DNA of 64,000 nucleotides from an uncultured Bacilli bacterium (GTDB lineage Bacteria; Bacillota_I; Bacilli_A; RF39; UBA660): NCBI GenBank assembly GCA_947626855.1, contig CANQTT010000001.1, positions 11,695 to 75,694 of the forward strand, read 5' to 3'. Shown piece by piece: positions 59,441 to 64,000 of this stretch (position 1 is its first letter; each line of letters starts with the position of its first letter). The notes under the pieces were generated by a model. It saw only the letters and a program-made list of their open reading frames with translations, ran no database searches and was not told where the DNA came from. The position numbers and the translations under genes were made by a program.

Positions 59441-60748
59441 TTATACGGACTCTTTTCTTTTCTTTTTCATCCTTGCCTTTATTTTTTTATGATAAAGAGG
59501 AATTAATTTTTGAAAAATAAAGTAGAAAAAAGGATGGATAATGAAATCGAATTCTCCAATAAATTCTACATAATCTCCTCCAAATTTTTTCTTAAATTCG
59601 TGAAGGCCTAAAACTGGATTGTCTTTTCGTAAATCTCCGATGGTTCCGAACTGATCATAAATTTGAATCCCTTTTTCTTTTGCATATTTTATATGTTCAT
59701 AGTAGGTATTATAGTTTACGTAAGTCTCACTTAAAATATTATGATTTCCTGCATACAATACCCAAGCTTTATCGCCATATTCAATAATCATGTGAGCACT
59801 TAGTGTTATTGTATCTCCATATTGTTTTTGATATTCTTGATATTTCTCTATATCTTTTTCCACATTTTCCTTTTGTTTGGTGAGTTCTTTTAGCTTTCCT
59901 TTCGCACTTTTGCTTAGATTTTCTGTTGGCATATTTTGTATTTCAGAGTTTAGATTTTCTAAATTTTGAGTTAAGGATTGTATCGTTTTATGAAAATTTA
60001 CTTTTCCTAAGAAAAGGGTTGCATGGCTATTTGGATTCTGATTAAAAATTTCATAAAGAGTTTCGTAATAATCCTTTTGATAAGAAACAAAATCTTTTCG
60101 ATTTTCTGTTAAATTCATCAAGTGATAAAACTCATCAATATCTTCTTTTGTACCAATGCTCACTTCTGTGTTTAATTTTAATGCTTTTTGAATTCTTTGT
60201 TTTGTCGTTTTGGAAAAGTGATCTTCAATATCTTTTAATTCTTGATTTAAATCAATTCGGAAAGAATATCTTGGTTGCATGGTTTCGAAGTTTTTCGTAA
60301 AACCTTTATGTTTGAATCCTAAATCCTTTAACGTTTTAAAAATCTCTTCAACATTGTAGGAAAGTTGTTGTTCTTCCTCTTGATAATTATAAGATTTTAT
60401 AATAATATCGGGATCTATTCTCACAAAAATAGCTTTTTTCTTTTTAGCAAATATCTTTATAAGTTTTGTCATCTGTTGTACTAACTCTTTCTTTTGAAAA
60501 TCAATAACAAATCCTCTTGGTGAATATAAATAAGAAAAACCGAGAGGTAATTTTTTTAAAAGAAGCAAAGAAGCTCCCTTTATATTCTGTTCTTCATCTA
60601 CAAGAGCCATATAGTATGGTGTAACATTTTTTTTGGCTCTAGCAAATTCTCCCCAAGAAGCAGATTGTAAAAAGTGAGACTTAGTGGGATGATTTTTTAC
60701 ATAATTATCAAATTTTTCTTTTTCTAATTCTATTAAGGTTAATGCCAT
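59441..60748 (-). CDS. FemXAB-family aminoacyl-tRNA-dependent peptidyl/aminoacyl transferase
   Basis: HFLQSASWGEF and the overall GNAT-pair plus coiled-coil-insert organisation of FemA/FemB/FemX (~435 aa). Start placed at the ATG at 60748 behind GGGGAGA. Confidence 0.65.
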   Translation of the reverse strand: MALTLIELEKEKFDNYVKNHPTKSHFLQSASWGEFARAKKNVTPYYMALVDEEQNIKGASLLLLKKLPLGFSYLYSPRGFVIDFQKKELVQQMTKLIKIFAKKKKAIFVRIDPDIIIKSYNYQEEEQQLSYNVEEIFKTLKDLGFKHKGFTKNFETMQPRYSFRIDLNQELKDIEDHFSKTTKQRIQKALKLNTEVSIGTKEDIDEFYHLMNLTENRKDFVSYQKDYYETLYEIFNQNPNSHATLFLGKVNFHKTIQSLTQNLENLNSEIQNMPTENLSKSAKGKLKELTKQKENVEKDIEKYQEYQKQYGDTITLSAHMIIEYGDKAWVLYAGNHNILSETYVNYNTYYEHIKYAKEKGIQIYDQFGTIGDLRKDNPVLGLHEFKKKFGGDYVEFIGEFDFIIHPFFYFIFQKLIPLYHKKIKARMKKKRKESV

Positions 60749-60906
60749 TTTCTCCCCTACTTTCCTACTAACCATTATATCAAAAACTAGCCTATTCTAC
60801 AAAAAAGATTTTTTTTAAGAGAGCTTAAGGATTCCTTTTGTTCTTCCCTAGACAAACTAGGAAGAATATTGTAAAATGTTATCGTGTAGTGAGGTTGGTG
60901 TTTAGA

Positions 60907-62391
60907 ATGAAGAATTTAAAAGAAAAATTAAAAAGTATCAAACTAAAGCATTGGCACCTTTTTCTCATAGTATTTGGCATTCTATTTGTATCTTTAAGTG
61001 CCTTTCATAGTAATCTTTGGTTTGATGAGAGTTATTCCGTAGGAATGGCAAGACATTCCTTTCAAGAAATATGGACAATTGGTGGTAATGATGTCCATCC
61101 AGTATTATATTACTGGCTTCTAAGAATTATCTATTTAGTAACTGGCGGATCTATCATGGCCTATCGATTATTTTCTTGTATTCCAATTGCTATGATGATT
61201 ATTTTAGGATATACCCATATTCGAAAAGATTTTGGAGAGAAAACGGGTTTCATTTTTTCATTTTTATCTGTTTTTTTACCATGCATGGCTACTTATGCTG
61301 TTGAGATTAGAATGTACTCTTGTGCCATTTTAGCCGTAACTTTACTCGCTATTTATGCCTATCGATTATCAAAAGAGGATAATACAAAGAATTGGTTTAT
61401 TTTTGGAATATCTAGTTTAGCATGTATCTTTTTGCATTATTATGGTTTAATGGCTGCTGGTTTAATTAACGTTATATTGTTAATTTATTTGATTAGAAAG
61501 AAAAGAAAAAAAGGTCTCGCATTTCTCTTGGCATTTGGACTTCTTCAGACTTTATTATATCTTCCATGGTTGATGTATTTTGTAAAACAACTAGGTCAAA
61601 TATCTCATGGCTATTGGATTACTTTTGAATTTCCATTAACAATTAAGGAACTGTTGAGTTCTCAGATGCGTGGATATATGAAACTAGATATCCCAACTGT
61701 GCTATCTATTGAATTATATATTTATATCATTTACAAAGTTTATCAATCTTATAAAGCCAAAGAAAATTTAAAACCTTTTGCTTGTGCAGCAGGTACATAT
61801 CTATTAGTTATTTTAGCTGCTGGAATGGTAACTTTAGTGATGAATCAAAGTATCCTAAATTACAGGTATTTGTTTGTAGTAACCGGTCTTTATATTTTTG
61901 CAATTAGTTTTATTTTGGCAAAAGAAAAAAATACGATTGAAATAGTAGCTATTCTTTCTGCTATAACCATTTTAGGTGTTCATAACAATTTAGGAATGGT
62001 AAAAGATAATTATCATCCTAAGAATGATGTGCCACTTAAATATCTTCAGGAAAATATAAAAAAAGATGATACTTTGGTAATTGTGGATATTGGAGCAGGT
62101 TCTATTGCCGCCATTTTATATCCAGATAATCAAGTTTATTTCTATGACGGAGGAAATTGGGGAGTAGCAGAAGCCTATAAGGCTTTCGGACCTAATTTTG
62201 AGACGTATGTTACACAAGATTATTTAGAAAAATGTTCTGATAGAATTTGGTTATTTGAATATCCTGGAGGTAAACAAGCAGAAGAAATTGAAAAAATTTC
62301 AGACTATAGAATTGTCTCTAAAAAAGAGTTTTCAACAAGATATCGTAATTATATATATGGAATTGTTTTATTAGAAAAAAAGGCTTCTTAG
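60907..62391 (+). CDS. Polytopic membrane protein, GT-C fold glycosyltransferase-like (ArnT/PMT family-like)
   Basis: 10 or more predicted TM helices with an N-terminal WFDESYSV loop motif like the DE-containing first periplasmic loop of GT-C transferases, plus a C-terminal soluble domain. Start set to the ATG at 60907 behind GAGGTTGG. Confidence 0.45.
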   Translation: MKNLKEKLKSIKLKHWHLFLIVFGILFVSLSAFHSNLWFDESYSVGMARHSFQEIWTIGGNDVHPVLYYWLLRIIYLVTGGSIMAYRLFSCIPIAMMIILGYTHIRKDFGEKTGFIFSFLSVFLPCMATYAVEIRMYSCAILAVTLLAIYAYRLSKEDNTKNWFIFGISSLACIFLHYYGLMAAGLINVILLIYLIRKKRKKGLAFLLAFGLLQTLLYLPWLMYFVKQLGQISHGYWITFEFPLTIKELLSSQMRGYMKLDIPTVLSIELYIYIIYKVYQSYKAKENLKPFACAAGTYLLVILAAGMVTLVMNQSILNYRYLFVVTGLYIFAISFILAKEKNTIEIVAILSAITILGVHNNLGMVKDNYHPKNDVPLKYLQENIKKDDTLVIVDIGAGSIAAILYPDNQVYFYDGGNWGVAEAYKAFGPNFETYVTQDYLEKCSDRIWLFEYPGGKQAEEIEKISDYRIVSKKEFSTRYRNYIYGIVLLEKKAS

Positions 62392-62471
62392 AAGGCATTT
62401 TTTGGTAGAAATTTATTTTTATTTGCCAAATTTCTTTTAAACCTTATGATACAATAAAAAAGGTGAGTGTT

Positions 62472-63647
62472 ATGAAAGTAAACAATGATTTTATTCCTGT
62501 TATATTAGGGGGCGGACTAAGTGCCTATACCCTTGCTTCACAATTCCATAGAGAATATCATGTAAGACCTTGTCTTATTTGTAATAAAAGATGTCAAGAT
62601 ATAGAAAATGGAGCTTTTTTTGATATTATAGAAAATAAAGATTTTTATAAAGAAGCGGTGTTTCTTCATGTTCTTATGGATTTTGGAAAAAAGCATGCTG
62701 ATAAAAAGCTTCTTTTATTATTTACTAATGATTTTTTAGCTAAAAAAGGTTTTCTATTATATCCTTTTTTAAAAAAATATTATAGTTTTCCTGTGTTAGA
62801 TAATCGCTTATGGAAAAAATTGGAAAATAAAGAAAAGTTTTATCAGCTTTGCGAACAATATGGAATTGATTATCCTAAGACTATTGTAATTGACAAGGAA
62901 GATTATTTAACTGTTCAACTCCCCTTTTCTTTTCCGGTTGCTGTGAAAGCATCAGATGGAATTGCGTATTCTTTTTCAAGTATTCAAAAAAGAAAAAAAT
63001 GTTATCGATGTGATAATTTACAGGAACTAAAAAAAACTTTATATTATTTTTATCATTCCAGCTATACAGGAAGAATTATTATTCAAGAATTTATAGAAGG
63101 AACGGATGACACTAGTTATGTTATGAATAGTTATTCTTCTCAGGATGGAAAAGTAAGATTGATGGCTTTGGGGCACGTCATTTTAGAAAATTATTTACCG
63201 GAACGTATTGGTAATTATGATGCTATTTTACCAGAATATCATTTAGAACTTTACGATAATCTAAGAAAATTTTTAGAACAAATTTATTATACGGGATATG
63301 CTAATATCGATATAAAGTATGATAGTAGAGATCAAAAATATAAAGTTTTAGAATTAAATTCTCGTCCTGGTCGTGCTAGTTCTTATGCTAATACAGAAAA
63401 TTATAGTCTCATAAGGCCTTTCGTAGAAGAATATGTTTATCAGAAAACTAGCCCTTGTATTTATGCTAATCATGATTTTCTTTGGACTCTAATTAGTGTT
63501 CCTATTTTAAAAAAATTTCTTCCAAAAGAAGAAATTCTAAAAAAAGTAGAAGAATTAGAGCAAGAAAATAAAGTAGTAAATCCCCTATTCTATGAAAAGG
63601 ATAATAGTCCTGAAAGAAAAATGTGCCTATTTACAAAATTGGTATGA
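62472..63647 (+). CDS. ATP-grasp fold carboxylate-amine ligase
   Basis: FPVAVKASDG, IIQEFIEG and NIDIKYD...VLELNSRPG match the ATP-grasp nucleotide-binding and catalytic loops. Confidence 0.6.
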   Translation: MKVNNDFIPVILGGGLSAYTLASQFHREYHVRPCLICNKRCQDIENGAFFDIIENKDFYKEAVFLHVLMDFGKKHADKKLLLLFTNDFLAKKGFLLYPFLKKYYSFPVLDNRLWKKLENKEKFYQLCEQYGIDYPKTIVIDKEDYLTVQLPFSFPVAVKASDGIAYSFSSIQKRKKCYRCDNLQELKKTLYYFYHSSYTGRIIIQEFIEGTDDTSYVMNSYSSQDGKVRLMALGHVILENYLPERIGNYDAILPEYHLELYDNLRKFLEQIYYTGYANIDIKYDSRDQKYKVLELNSRPGRASSYANTENYSLIRPFVEEYVYQKTSPCIYANHDFLWTLISVPILKKFLPKEEILKKVEELEQENKVVNPLFYEKDNSPERKMCLFTKLV

Positions 63648-63692
63648 TTCCAAGCTTTTAAAGTGTTATGGAAAAAGGCGGATAGATGATTA

Positions 63693-63727
63693 AAAAATTG
63701 TCCTTAATACACAAAGGACAATTTTTT
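63693..63727. terminator. Bidirectional rho-independent terminator
   Basis: AAAAAATTGTCCTT-AATACAC-AAGGACAATTTTTT between convergent genes. Confidence 0.6.
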
Positions 63728-63735
63728 ATTGTATT

Positions 63736-64000
63736 TTAAAACATTTTAGTATTCTCTATTCGTATTAAATATCTTTTTTCCGCCATTCTTGCTTTTTCTT
63801 CTCGTTCTTCCCTTCTCTCTATATAGGTAGTTCCTAATTCTTGAAATAATTCATAGGCATGAACGTATTCGTGTAAATTCACTAATAAGGTTTTTCTATC
63901 TACAATGGTTGGTACAAGAATTCGGATATCTTCAATTCTTCCTGCTTGATCGAGTTGAGGAAAACATCCCCAAGGAAATCCATCCCATGGAAGATTATAA
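63736..64000 (-). CDS. C-terminal fragment of a zinc metallopeptidase (HEXXH motif); gene continues beyond the window
   Basis: Minus-strand frame gives ...LVNLHEYVHAYELF... with HEYVH, ending at the TAA at 63736-63738. Truncated by the window edge. Confidence 0.4.
   Translation of the reverse strand, partial: YNLPWDGFPWGCFPQLDQAGRIEDIRILVPTIVDRKTLLVNLHEYVHAYELFQELGTTYIERREEREEKARMAEKRYLIRIENTKMF

Noticed and set aside
1-64000. Mobile elements, prophage, CRISPR arrays, rRNA operons
   Set aside because: No transposase or integrase-like ORFs, no long inverted or direct repeats other than the parS palindromes, no repeat-spacer arrays, and no rRNA-like conserved stretches were seen. The B. subtilis rrn operon after recR is absent here.

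Overview
This is the origin-of-replication region of a low-GC, spore-forming Firmicute. The core is rpmH-rnpA-yidC-jag-mnmE-mnmG-rsmG on the plus strand and dnaA-dnaN-recF-gyrB-gyrA on the minus strand. Around them sit the dnaX-ebfC-recR-holB-ricT-rsmI-pth-mfd and metG-tatD-ksgA-tilS-ftsH blocks, and sporulation genes (spoIID, spoIIID, mbl, cotJ operon, SpoIIQ-like, SpoVB-like, BofA-like, AbrB/SpoVT-like). Gene order and sporulation content resemble Bacillus subtilis, but several expected genes are missing (hprT, yabA, tmk, rnmV, yaaA, soj/spo0J). RNA and regulatory features found: tRNA-His, a small SRP RNA between gyrA and tadA, a Met-type T-box leader ahead of a dut-metG operon, bipartite DnaA-box clusters flanking dnaA, three parS sites clustered around the SRP RNA gene, and one perfect Noc-binding site inside rsmI. 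Unusual items: a ComK-family gene between recF and dnaN; a Noc-like ParB paralog with a roughly 300-aa Pro/Ser/Thr-rich extension and no ParA partner; a 1014-aa membrane protein combining zinc ribbons, calcium-binding repeats, a vWA domain and a putative Cys/His domain; and a candidate uncharacterised operon made of a FemXAB-family aminoacyltransferase, a 1336-aa cytoplasmic protein with no recognisable domain, and a translationally coupled degenerate cold-shock-domain protein, next to a membrane glycosyltransferase-like protein and an ATP-grasp ligase. No CRISPR arrays, rRNA genes or transposases were seen.
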